Shown here piece after piece: positions 12,998-24,964 of a DNA stretch of 64,000 nucleotides. Below the pieces are notes generated by a model. That model had not been told where the DNA came from. It worked only from the letters and a program-made list of their open reading frames with translations, and did no database searches. The DNA is taken from the NCBI GenBank assembly GCA_002269645.1, contig NIVC01002837.1, positions 72,771 to 136,770 of the forward strand, given 5' to 3'. This DNA is from Macrostomum lignano. Its lineage: Eukaryota. Each line of letters starts with the position of its first letter. Within the stretch, counting starts at the first letter, position 1. The position numbers and the translations under genes are program-made.

Positions 12998-13450
12998 GAG
13001 TGAGTCATGTGCATATAGGCGCGTATAAGTAATTCTTATTAAGGCTTAAGGCGACACCTAGTATAATATACAGAATTCATAATCATGGCCTGCATGCTGG
13101 GATCTATAAAGTGGCAGATGTTTTATTTGTATCAGAGCAGTGTGTCGGCGCTCTGCATCTTTTCTATATTTTGTTTGTTTTGTTATATTCTAATTGTTTG
13201 ATGAAAAATAGAAGCAAAAATGTGCTCTGAATATTTCTATTGACTGTTTTTTCTGATATTAAAACATTTTTTCTTCATGATAATTTTTTTCGCAGTGGTT
13301 AACTTGAAATTAGGACATGTTACACTCTACTCTACTATTAGTAAGGTTGTTAGGAAAGAGAAACTTTTTCTTACCCGAAATAAAATTGTACTTACAGTTG
13401 AGCGCCAGAAAGGATGTTGGAAGCACCACAATTGGTGTTGAGGCGCGATG

Positions 13451-14735
13451 GGGTCTACGAAATTTGCCCGCTGGAATTTTGCCCGCCGACGTTTTCCCGC
13501 CGACGTTTGTCTGCCGACGTTTGCCCGCCGACGTTTGCCAGCCGAAGTTTACCCGCCGAAGTTTGCCCGCTGACGTTTGCCCACCGACGTTTGCCCGGCG
13601 ACGTTTGCCCGCCGACGTTTGTCTGCCGACGTTTGCCCGCCGACGTTTGCCTGCCGACGTTTGCCCGCCGACGTTTGCCCGCCGACGTTTGTCTGCCGAC
13701 GTTTGTCCGCCGACGTTTGCCCGCCGACGTTTGCCCGCCGAAGTTTGCCCGCCGAAGTTTGCCCGCCGAAGTTTGCCCGCCGAAGTTTGCCCGCCGAAGT
13801 TTGCCCGCCGACGTTTGCCCGCCGAGGTTTGCCCGCCGACGTTTGCCCGCCGACGTTTGCCCGCCGACGTTTGCCCGCCGACGTTTGCCCTCAATCAATC
13901 TTTCTGTGTATAGCTTCGTGTACGAAAAATGCATTTTTACATTTTTACTTAGATTCCATTCCATTCCATTCCACTTGGATTCCATTCCAGTCCAGCTACA
14001 CAACAAGCTCTTCAAAAATTACAGTGATTGTTATTTATTTCAGTTCAGTCGCATATATTTCTGTATGCGCATGCATTACACATTGTCAAGTAGATCCATT
14101 TATCCAAGATTTTTTCCACGAGAGGTACTCACCTTCGATCTTCGGAAACGAGAGTGCAGCCGCTACACAAATAAACGTAAAAATGTGAAACGGTACAGCT
14201 AATAATTTTATGTTATTACCGTCAAGTAAATTTAATCTTCACAATTTTATTTCGCATCATGTTTCCGTTCATGATTCTATTATGCGGCTAAATGAAAAGG
14301 AGTTGAAAACACAATGAGAATCGACTTCCTTTAGGGGGAAATGTCACTCAGCCACAAATATGGAGCGAAATATTGACCGCGGGCAAACTTCGGCGGGCAA
14401 ACGTCGGCGGGCAAACTTCGGCGGGCAAACTTCGGCGGGCAAACGTCGGCGGGCAAACTTCGGCGGGCAAACTTCGGCGGGCAAACGTCGGTGGGCAAAC
14501 TTCGGCGGGCAAACGTCGGCGGGCAAACGTCAGCGGGCAAACGTCGGCGGGCAAACTTCGGCGGGCAAACGTCGGTGGGCAAACTTCGGCGCCCAAACGT
14601 CAGTGGGCAAACGTCGGCGGGCAAACGTCGGCGGGCAAACGTCGGTGGGCAAACTTCGGCGGGCAAACGTCGGCGGGCAAACGTCAGCGGGCAAACGTCG
14701 GCGGGGAAACGTCGGCGGGGAAACGTCGTGCTCCC
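13451..14735. mobile_element. non-autonomous foldback / MULE-like DNA transposon with modular TIRs
   Basis: 9-bp direct repeat GGCGCGATG at 13442-13450 and 14736-14744. Ends GGG...CCC. Left arm (GTTTGCCCGCCGAC)n at 13451-13890 is inverted relative to right arm (GGGCAAACGTCGGC)n at 14381-14735. AT-rich 490-bp spacer with no transposase ORF. Confidence 0.88.
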
Positions 14736-14744
14736 GGCGCGATG

Positions 14745-14935
14745 GCGTGGGTTAAGGCGTCATGCGCCATGCTGAAAGTTAAGGAACAATGGTGAGTCTT
14801 GAGACGCTATGGTGAGGGTTGAGGCTCCATGATTGAGTGTTGCGGCGCTAATGTGAGGATTGAGGCGCATTGTCAAGGGTTGAGGCGCTATGACGAGGGC
14901 TGAGACGCCATGGTTAGGGTTGAGGCGCCATGGTT
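14745..14935. repeat. degenerate ~22-bp repeat (GAGGGTTGAGGCGCCATGG-like), target of the foldback insertion
   Basis: Similar units also lie left of the element at ~13390-13450. Confidence 0.7.
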
Positions 14936-15484
14936 TGGAGGTTCAGTATAAAAAACTGCTCATTTTTGTCTTATTAAAATGAAACAAGCGTGGCAACTAA
15001 AATACGAGTACTGACCACTAACAGTAGTACATCATCGTCTTCTCATCATCATTTCTCTGATGACAGAAGCGGAAACGAATTTATTCAACAGCATCATGGT
15101 CAGCATCCGAAGAAGCAGGCAAGAGCTGCGCTCGCACGCTGAACTGGCTGCTTTTAGAAGAGAATCTATATGGAACAAAACCAGGCAAATTTCAGTCTAA
15201 TTAAAGAAGGCAAAACTTGCTCTGGCGCAAGCCAGTTGTGTTCGAGCATTCAGCTGTGCATGAATCGCTACATCCGCAAACAATGCGAGCCCATGTTGGC
15301 AGCTCATTAGTTTCAGTTTCCTTAGCTGTGGATCTTGATGGAGAACTTTATTCCTTTTTTTCACCCAGTCTCACGGACTTCCTTACTGGAGGTCCCCCCG
15401 AACTCATCATACCTGAATAATTACGGAAAGCATACATAATTCTAACAAATGTTGCAGTCACTAATTTTGCTACCAGATGGAATT

Positions 15485-15790
15485 CGTCAATCGAGGCTTT
15501 ACCTTGGATGTCAAGGGCTTGAAATTGGGTATCAGAGGCTTCAACTTGGATGTCAGGGGCTTGAAATTGGGTATCAGAGGCTTCAACTTGGATGTCAGGG
15601 GCTTGAAATTGGGTATCAGGGGCTTCACCTTGGATGTCAGGGGCTTGAAATTGGGTATCAGGGGCTTTACCTTGGATGTCAGGGGCTTGAAATTTGGTAT
15701 CAGAGGCTTCAACTAGGATGTCAGAGGCTTCAACTAGGATGTCAGAGACTTAACTTGGATGTCAGAGGCTTCAAATCGGATGTCAGAGGC
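15485..15790. repeat. 42-bp minisatellite (GGGCTTGAAATTGGGTATCAGAGGCTTCAACTTGGATGTCAG)n built of two 21-bp halves
   Basis: Tandem units read directly. Confidence 0.92.
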
Positions 15791-16483
15791 TTCCGTCTTC
15801 ATGAAGCCTCAGTCTACACACCAAAAACTAACCCATGAATAAATTCACTGTCATTCGTTTGCCCTCTCAGTTCATCAGCAGCTCAGTTTTGCGGTGTCTG
15901 CATTCGAAAGTCATGCATCTTACATTACGAGCGTATGCATTTATTATTTCGTTTTGCAATGAAACAATCATTTTTTGCCCTCCTGAGCGCGAAAAGGTAT
16001 TCATAATGCAAACCTGAGCTGCTCATTGGCTGAGCAATCTTCCAGCCAATCAGATCTGCCAACTGGACAGTTGGATGAGGCGAAGCGCCACACAGATAGA
16101 AGATGTGATTCTGATGGGGCTGGAAGACAGTATAAAATACAACACGGATGCTGACCCAAGTTTGAGCGAGTTAGCTTGTACTGGAGTTGCATTCTCAGCT
16201 AAATCAATGTGAACTGTGCGACATCTATAGCTGAGATTAGCTTTTATATCGACCTACTGAAGTTAAATAAGAAAATATGTTTAGCAAACAAACAACTGAT
16301 CGTGCGCTGAGACTGGCTGTGGTGGCTATCGTCGCCTCGGCTGCACTTTTACCTTGCGCGGAACCAACAAACGTAAGCTAATTTAGAATATTAGAGCAAG
16401 AATGTAGTTTTTTCATTTTTTATTTTGTTTCAAAAAGTATCCTAGAGATTCACTGAAACGCTACAAGATTTATTAGGAGATAC

Positions 16484-18419
16484 CAGCCTCCACCATCAGC
16501 GCCACATAGTAGGTGTTCACGTCTAGGTAGCCGGCACTGTAGTTCGCAACAACTCGGCAACCGAGCAGACCCGCGTCCTCCACAGTAACGTTGAAGATGC
16601 TCAGTCTGAATCGGCCAGCGCTGGGCTGGTTCAGCTGGATCCGTTCCGAACTCACTATCGGTCGAGTGTTTCTCAGAGGCTGGACGGACACTGACACAAT
16701 GTCCTTGACGGAGTCCACTTTGCAATTGAGACTAAAATTCTTTCCAGCCCGAACTCGGAGCAGCGGTTCACGAGTCCACTGACTCGGCGTCAGCGATGGC
16801 AGGACATTGACTTGTACGGAGCGCCAGTCGGAGGCGGTCGCACCTCGGTGGCAGCGGCAGGCGTACAGGCCGCTGTGTCGAAGGCTGTCCGCCCCAGACA
16901 AAAGCAGAATGGAGCCTTGGGGCAAAGTTGGCAGTGCCAAAGCCTCAATATTGGCACCATTGTTGAGTTTCCATCCTACGAGCAGCTCTTCAACCGGATG
17001 CCGCTTGCCGGTGCAGGGGCACTCGAGCAGGAAGCTGTCCCCGTGGCGGATGAGCTGACTGCTGTAGGGGTTCATTGAAAGCACAGCAGGGTAGCCGGGT
17101 ACCACGGACACGGGCTTGAAGGCCAGGTTGCACTCGGGAGGCTGGCACGGCTTGTAGTTGATGAGGAGCGTTCGCTCTCGAGTCACGTGACCCAGACGGC
17201 CGTTAGGCAAGCTGACTTGACACAGATATCGCTCTTCGCCCTGACTCCACGAGGAATCGACGATGAAGTCGAACTTGGCTCGGCTTAGTTGCAGACCGCC
17301 GCGAGTGGCCTGGTTCACCGCCTCCATCGGGATCAGGTCGACTCGATCCTGGGCCTTTTCACCATCGATCGTGAGAAAGCACTCAATTGACGCAGCGTCC
17401 GGCTTCACGGCGATGGCATTTGAAGTCACAACCGGCTGGCCAATGGTGGCGAACACCTCAACGGACTGGCTGGAAAAGTGGCCCAGCCGAGTTGTCATCA
17501 GCTGCGCCTCCCTGCTCAGCACCGAGCCGTAACTGTTTGCAGCGATGCAGGCAACTCTAGGCGGCCTCTTGTGGCTGTCTGCCAGCAGCAGCTGTGCGTT
17601 GACAACGATCAGTTGGCTGCTCTCCTGGATGCCGTCAGTCGGGCAGAGCTCGCGCTTGCAGTCGCGCTGAAGATTATAGAACAGAAGTCTCCGCAAGTTG
17701 ACACCAGGCTGGTCGATCGGCAGTCTCGGGCTGTGAACAACATTGGCATTGATTGGCTGCAAAGAGAACTCCAGTTGGTCCTCGTCGCTGACAAGAGTCC
17801 ACGAGACTGTTGGCTTCGGCAAGCCGAATGCCTGACAATTAAATGTGACGACAAACGGTGAAGACTTGGTGCCGGTTGTTGGAACTAGTAGGTCTTCCGT
17901 AACAAAGGCATCCTCTGGATCGCGCTCGATCTGGGGCCGCTGCTGCGCCGGTCGCGCTGGCGCCTCGCAGACGAAATTTCTCGGCACGGCGGTGGTGTTT
18001 GCCAGCAACTCGATTTTCGACGGGTCAACGTTGGGACAGAGCAGCAGCCAGCGAGCCTCTGGGTGGTGCGGCTGTTTCACGAGCCTCTGGTCGATTCCCA
18101 GTGGATCGAAAAGCCATTGACCGCGGTGACTCTCGCTGGGATTCGCCGCGATGATAAGATCGTTAACAAACTGTACCTTGGAGTGCTTGTGCTGAAACGA
18201 TAGTAGCCGAGATCTTGACTCGAAACACGTACGCAACGCCTCGTCTAAAAGCATCGGATTTGGCATCAACTTCAGGCAGGTGGTCTCGTGCCAATCACTG
18301 TAGACATGCCAGCCGGTGCTGGGGCATTGAAAGGGCGGCACTGCGCCTGATTCAGTTTGACTGCCAGCTGCAAATGCTAGCAGTGCAATCAGTAGCGGCA
18401 GCGGTGGAGCTTCTCGCAT
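16484..18419 (-). CDS. Cont: contactin-like adhesion protein: signal peptide, C-type lectin-like domain, ~4 Ig-like domains (large exon)
   Basis: Met at 18419 starts a signal peptide (MREAPPLPLLIALLAFAAG). CTLD: FQCPSTGW...TCLK...EALRTC...RNFVCE. Ig motifs: TFNCQAFGLPKPTVSW, CIAANSYG, GLYACRC, DAGLLGC. Phase-1 donor G|GTATCT at 16483. An N-terminal CTLD + Ig architecture is characteristic of invertebrate contactins. Confidence 0.75.
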
Positions 18420-19001
18420 TTCAGCTCTATGCGTTTTAAACTCTAGGGAGAGGCCAGACTGCTGATTGGTCATGCTGCGGCGTGAGGTGGGCTTGTTAGG
18501 GATAGAAAAGTCGGCCAAGCTCCAAGTCTTGCGTACATCAAAGATACTCTGAACGTGTACACTGCTCGCACGGCTGGTTTTGGACTAATAATGTACAAGC
18601 CAGACACTAGCAGGAATTGCAGTTGGAGCTCCTCCTTTCCAGTCCGCTTAGCGTCAATCAATCAAAAGAACTGTTTGCAGTTTGGATGTAAAACAACACG
18701 AAAAAATCAATGTTTCAAAAGGAGACGCGCTGGATCAAGCAAACAGGGGCATCTATCTCTCTTTTTCATTCTCGTTTCTCGCTTGAACTGGCTCAGCCTG
18801 CATGTCGTTCCTCTGCCAGCCGCCGCTAATCGACTGTAAAAGATCCGCGGAGAGTCGGCTCTGGTTTTAAGTTTCCGCCCTTTTCCTGCTTCTTCGTCTC
18901 GTGAGGATAAAAAACCAAGGGAGGGGAGATTCTGCGCAGAGGGTGTTTAGCAATGCCTGCCGGGGGGGGGGACAACTGGGGCGGTCCGTTGGAGCAGAAA
19001 A

Positions 19002-19704
19002 TTGGGACAGCTATCGACTCACTCCAAGAGGCTCTCCATGTTGGAGGGGAGGTTTGAGTCGAAACTAGCGGCTCAGTTACAGTTGCTGATTGGTGATGTC
19101 AGTCTGTGGGTCGCTTTCAAGTATAACCGAAAATTTAGCTTGTCGAAAGCAGAGAACTGTTCACATACTAAAAATTTCCCCTTATCTCCGGAATTCTCCC
19201 ACAAATCCCCGAAACTCCCTGTCGAGATATTCAACACTTCTGCTCAAAGGTCGGATTTTCCCATAAGCACCAGTGCCAATCAGCACTGCTCCTCAGTGCA
19301 GCCTTGCCAAGCCTCCAAATTACATCAGCACGTCGACTACATGTGTCTGCATCAGCTCGGACTTCGTTGGTCACCGGCCTTCACCCAAGCGGAGCTTCTT
19401 GACATTCAACAGGTGGCACCAGGAGACTATGGACACCCTATAGGCAAACCTCCAACTGCTAGGTGTCCTCAGCTAGTCTCTCTCAAGCAATCGGTTGTCA
19501 TCCAACGGATTTTTCCAACTCAAAGCTATAAACGCATTTTGCATCCAAACCGGTTAATCCCCATCCCACTGCAGGTGCCGCTGCTCCATCCAACCAGACC
19601 ACTGCGTCTCCGGGCGCCCAAACTAACCGGAGGAGGCATCAGCAGCTACAGCCTCGGCAGCGACCACTTGTCTCTGAGGCTGCCGGTCAACTGCACTCCC
19701 GCGG
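19002..19704 (+). CDS. CPED1: CPED1-like gene, 5' coding exon(s); start codon uncertain, possible 60-nt in-frame intron at 19413-19472
   Basis: Open frame ends at donor G|GTGAGT (19705), phase 1, matching the next exon. Removing 19413-19472 gives TQAELLDIQQLVSLKQSVVIQRIFP, which resembles (from memory) the CPED1 segment before the cadherin-like domain. Confidence 0.5.
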
Positions 19705-20102
19705 GTGAGTGAAACTTATTTAAAGTACACTAATGGCACAGACGAAGCCAAGTACCAAATCATTGCGGGACTCTTAATTTAAATGCGGCACTTAGACATG
19801 CATTTTGCGAGAGTGCATGCGTGTCTGTGCGCGTGCATAAGCATTTACTCATACAGCCCGAGCTCCCTTGACTTCTTGTGCTGCACTTTTGCGACACAGC
19901 AGACTCCTCCTTCCTTATCCTTTTTCAGCTCCAGCACTGCTCTTCCTCAGAGCCTCTGCGTGATGGAGCAAGAAAAATAGCTGAATCCGGCCGGCGAAAA
20001 AACTGGGGGGCAATCCCTCCCTACCATTTCTCCCTGTGGCTCTACGTCCCTATTTCTCCCTACGATGGTACCATGGAATGTGCTGCTTGCTTATCTCAGG
20101 GT

Positions 20103-20680
<578 letters not shown>

Positions 20681-23214
20681 TACTAAAGACGCTGAGATAA
20701 ATACGCTGAAAGACGACGGATACAAAGATACATGTAGAGAAGCCTACGGAAAATTCCGTATAGACACAGAGACAGGTAAGTGAGCATGTGTACAGACAGA
20801 TAGTTCCAACGAAAAATCGCACATCTCAACTTTCAAAACCAGTTTGACCCGCTTGAGCAGGTGAAGTTTTTTCGAAACCTGAGAAGGACAAAGACGAGAA
20901 GTTGAGCATCAACTTTGCCAATAATAATCTTCACCGTCTGCAGCTTCCCCAAAGCCTTCAGCTCTCAATCGTGTCTTGACAAGGTCCCACCGAGGGTCCT
21001 ACATGCATAATAAATAATATTTTGCCATTCTCGGGGTTGCCGCCAGGCCCCGCCCAGACCAAGCGAGAGTCCCACTTGTCCGCGCGCGCGCTGGTGGAGA
21101 GGCGGCCAGCTCTCGCTCGCCTGCCCCGGAAAGTTGACACCAGAATTCCCATCCGGAGTTGGGAAGCTGGCTTGAATTCTCATCCCGCGGGCTCGAAGCG
21201 AGCCAGCTTCGACTCTTCAACAGGCTTTGGATGGCCTTCGCCCTCTCTTCTTTCAACAACAGCTCAGCGTCCAGAGCAGGGTCTCATGATGAGGCTAAGG
21301 GGATAGAGCGGCCCGAGCCGGAGGAGATGGGAGGTTGGATTCGGGGAGCTGACTCTCTGTCTGTCTGTCTGTCTGTCTCCCTACCATCTCGCTGGCCCCT
21401 TCCCTAGAGAGACAGGCAGAGACGAGAGCAGAAGACATGCGGTTTCGGAATCGCGGGGGGGGGTGGTTGCTGAAGGCTAAACTAGAAGGAAATAGAGGCT
21501 GGGCCGCAGGATGTTAGCGCGAGGCCGGCGCGCGTCCCGCGGTTTTTGGCGGAGCGGAGCTGGGAGGCCAATGGGCCAAACAGGCGTAGCTGGCAAGCGG
21601 TGGGATGAGGGCCAGATGACACACGTCAGTGCATCTGTATCTGTGCCTCACTCACTCACACACACACACGGACAAGCGCTCAGCTCCCCCCTTCTCATTC
21701 GTCGCTCGGCTTTTTTGTCCATCCAAGCCCGTGGGAAAGGCGACGTAAGCGACAGGGAAAAAAGCTGTCCCCAACAGCGCCGCCACCAAGCAGGCGCGAG
21801 AGCAAATTTGATGGAGGCAAGCGGCACGGCTGCGGGGGGAAGAGGAACTGCAACCATAGCTAAAAGGTGTTGCTTTTGCTAACCCGGGCACAGCCGGGAC
21901 TGATAGACAGAGAAATCGAATCAAACCCCTTGCACAAGTGTGAGCAGATGATGATTGCATTTCCCAGCAGCTTTGATGAAGGAGAATGACGCAGAAGCTC
22001 TGCGATCTATAATGCTAGAAGCGAGCCACGGGAAATGGAAGGCACGGCACGGGAGGGGAAGAGGGAAGGGAAGTGACAGGGAAAAGTGTCATAAATCCAC
22101 TGGGTCGAGCGGAAGTCGCCTCCCATCCGCGTGTCAGCTTCTGTGAGCAAGAATAATGCGGAGGAAGTCGCATCCGCGGCCGGCTCTGTTTGCTTTCAGT
22201 CAGAGTTGCTGCTGTTGCTTCCGCAGAATCTACAGGTGACTGCAGCGGCTCTATGAATAGGATCGATGCGACACATACTCGCAATAAGATTGACGACTTT
22301 GAAGAAATCATACTTTGATTCAAAGAGCTCTGAACCTTTTTACAACTGCAGGGAGCTTTTAAAAGTTCACAAAAAGGAGTTGCTACTACCGGTGACCGTG
22401 GCAGAGGCACTTTGTTTACATCAATAGAATTCCCCAACCACTCATATAAGCTGCTGGGCTCGCCAGCAAAGATTCCCCATAATAGAATAGAAAATTCTTT
22501 CGTGGCCGTGGGACACAAACGGCGAACTCTTGGGAGTCCTGCTCAGAATAAAATAGGAAATGAGGGTGCGAGAAGAGATGGGGAGAATGACAGAAAAACC
22601 CAGGCGACAGCAGTAGTGTGATGAGGAAGAGGGAGGGGAGGCGCGACCACCCCTTCCCTGTCCGGGTGACTAAAAACCCCATTAAAAGCTGCGACACCCT
22701 TTGCTTGCGGGAACAGTGAAGAGATTTTGCTGCTGCTGCTGCTGCTGCTGAGGGGGCGGGGACTCACGCTGAACTTGAGCACCCCCTGTGCAGCATCGGC
22801 CTCTCTGTCTCTGCCTCTCGCTCCCTACTTGAGCAGCTTGCACCAGCCAAAATATATAGGCCAATGAACTCAAAGAGAGAGTAGTTTTCGAGTGGGCACG
22901 GCGGGGAGCACTCACAGTCGCGGAGAGAGGTGATCTCCCACACTCTTGTCAGCAATGTGCGCTCCCGACTTCTATTAGTTCTATACGTACTTCTTGTAAA
23001 TTCCCAATTCTTACAATTGCCGAGGCTGTGGGCTTGCTGACACAAAGCTCATACGCTTCAAAAGCGTTTTTAGGATTGCATCGTTTATTAGTTCCAATTC
23101 TCTAAGACAGAAATAAAGAGGTAGGTTGCTTAATACACACTTTGAATGCGATAGTTTGAACAAAAACTAGGTCAAAGATCACTGTCCAGACTCTGTCTAT
23201 TTTTAAAGGCTTGG

Positions 23215-24225
23215 CGATAGCCAATCAGAATGAGTGATAAATTATAAGAGACGCGCGACTGGGGCAGAGATCTGAATGAACAGCCAATCAGATAAGCGGG
23301 GAGAGAGACACAATGAGCGACTGGGGCAGAGATCTGATTGAACAGCCAATCAGATAAGCGGGGAGAGAGACGCAATGAGCGACTGGGGCAGAGATCTGAT
23401 TGAACAGCCAATCAGATAAGCGGGGAGAGAGACGCAATGAGCGACTGGGGCAGAGATCTGAATGAACAGCCAATCAGATAAGCGGGGAGAGAGACGCAAT
23501 GAGCGACTGGGGCAGAGATCTGAATGAACAGCCAATCAGATAAGCGGGGAGAGAGACGCAATGAGCGACTGGGGCAGAGATCTGATTGAACAGCCAATCA
23601 GATAAGCGGGGAGAGAGACGCAATGAGCGACTGGGGCAGAGATCTGAATGAACAGCCAATCAGATAAGCGGGGAGAGAGACGCAATGAGCGACTGGGGCA
23701 GAGATCTGAATGAACAGCCAATCAGATAAGCGGGGAGAGAGACGCAATGAGCGACTGGGGCAGAGATCTGAATGAACAGCCAATCAGATAAGCGGGGAGA
23801 GAGACGCAATGAGCGACTGGGGCAGAGATCTGAATGAACAGCCAATCAGATAAGCGGGGAGAGAGACGCAATGAGCGACTGGGGCAGAGATCTGAATGAA
23901 CAGCCAATCAGATAAGCGGGGAGAGAGACGCAATGAGCGACTGGGGCAGAGATCTGAATGAACAGCCAATCAGATAAGCGGGGAGAGAGACACAATGAGC
24001 GACTGGGGCAGAGAGCTGAATGAACAGCCAATCAGATAAGCGGGGAGAGAGACACAATGAGCGACTGGGGCAGAGATCTGATTGAACAGCCAATCAGATA
24101 AGCGGGGAGAGAGACACAATGAGCGACTGGGGCAGAGATCTGAATGAACAGCCAATCAGATAAGCGGGCGCAATGAGCGACTGGGGCAGAGATCTGAATG
24201 AACAGCCAATCAGATGAGCGGAGAG
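23215..24225. repeat. 62-bp minisatellite, ~16 units, each with CAGCCAATCAGATAAG
   Basis: Highly homogeneous tandem units. Confidence 0.98.
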
Positions 24226-24800
24226 CGAGGAACCTTCTCTATAAATTAATACATGAAATATATTGGTTGGTGATAGAGATTTTTTGAAGTTAGGCAGTCT
24301 TATCTTTTCGATTCTCATACAAACGGTTCAGAGTCAGAAAATGGCTTTTTAATGTCCCCAGAGTCCGAAAAAGTTCATAAAGTTTAAATGGTAACACTGT
24401 GTTCTCTCAATCTGTTTTTTATGAGCTGCTCCAGCAACATGCTCAAAATAGTTCTTTACATTATCCTCGCAAGGCTAGTTATGATTTGGGATAAAAGTCC
24501 CTCATTCCCTATATCAACCTTCATTTTCTTCCCTAGTAAAAAAACGAAGCGACCAAGTCTGACCAGCGGGTCTAAGCGATAAAAAAGTATGCAACGTGAG
24601 CTATCTTGTGGGGCCCCCGGTGGTTTTTATTGCCTCCCAGGTCAGGCGCTCATGCGAGCCCGCAGTCCCCATACAGCAATGAAGAATGATGAAAGACCCC
24701 CTGCTGGCCTGTGCGTACATGTAATAATAATGGATGGCTCATAAAAACTGATTACCGATATCTCAGCTGCGATCTCTGCAACCCCGTAAATAAATTGCAG

Positions 24801-24939
24801 AGGCAGGAGACTCCCCACCAGACGTTTACAACCTGCGGGCGCCGTTTCACATCCTGTACGTTCAGGTGAACCTTCTTCTGGTGGATGACAGCGCAATTGA
24901 TTGTCGAATTAGTCACGGAGATGTCAGTTTGACTTCGAG
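24801..24939 (+). CDS. CPED1: CPED1-like exon, cadherin-like beta-sandwich (first part)
   Basis: TTGCAG acceptor, AG|GTGAGT donor. Encodes (E)AGDSPPDVYNLRAPFHILYVQVNLLLVDDSAIDCRISHGDVSLTS; phase 1 to 2. Confidence 0.8.
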
Positions 24940-24964
24940 GTGAGTTCAGCCTTTGGGAAGCTTG

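Noticed and set aside
13310-14795. Cys/Arg-rich ORFs (ADVCPPTFARRRLP, GGQTSAGKRRRAN) as metallothionein- or protamine-like proteins
   Set aside because: They come from the 14-bp TIR arrays of the foldback element and appear in all frames.
16450-18440. Short plus-strand and alternative-frame ORFs over the contactin-like exon
   Set aside because: They are shadow ORFs of a GC-rich coding exon.
23215-24225. 62-bp and other regular arrays as CRISPR-like loci
   Set aside because: There are no unique spacers and no cas genes, and the context is a eukaryotic spliced gene.
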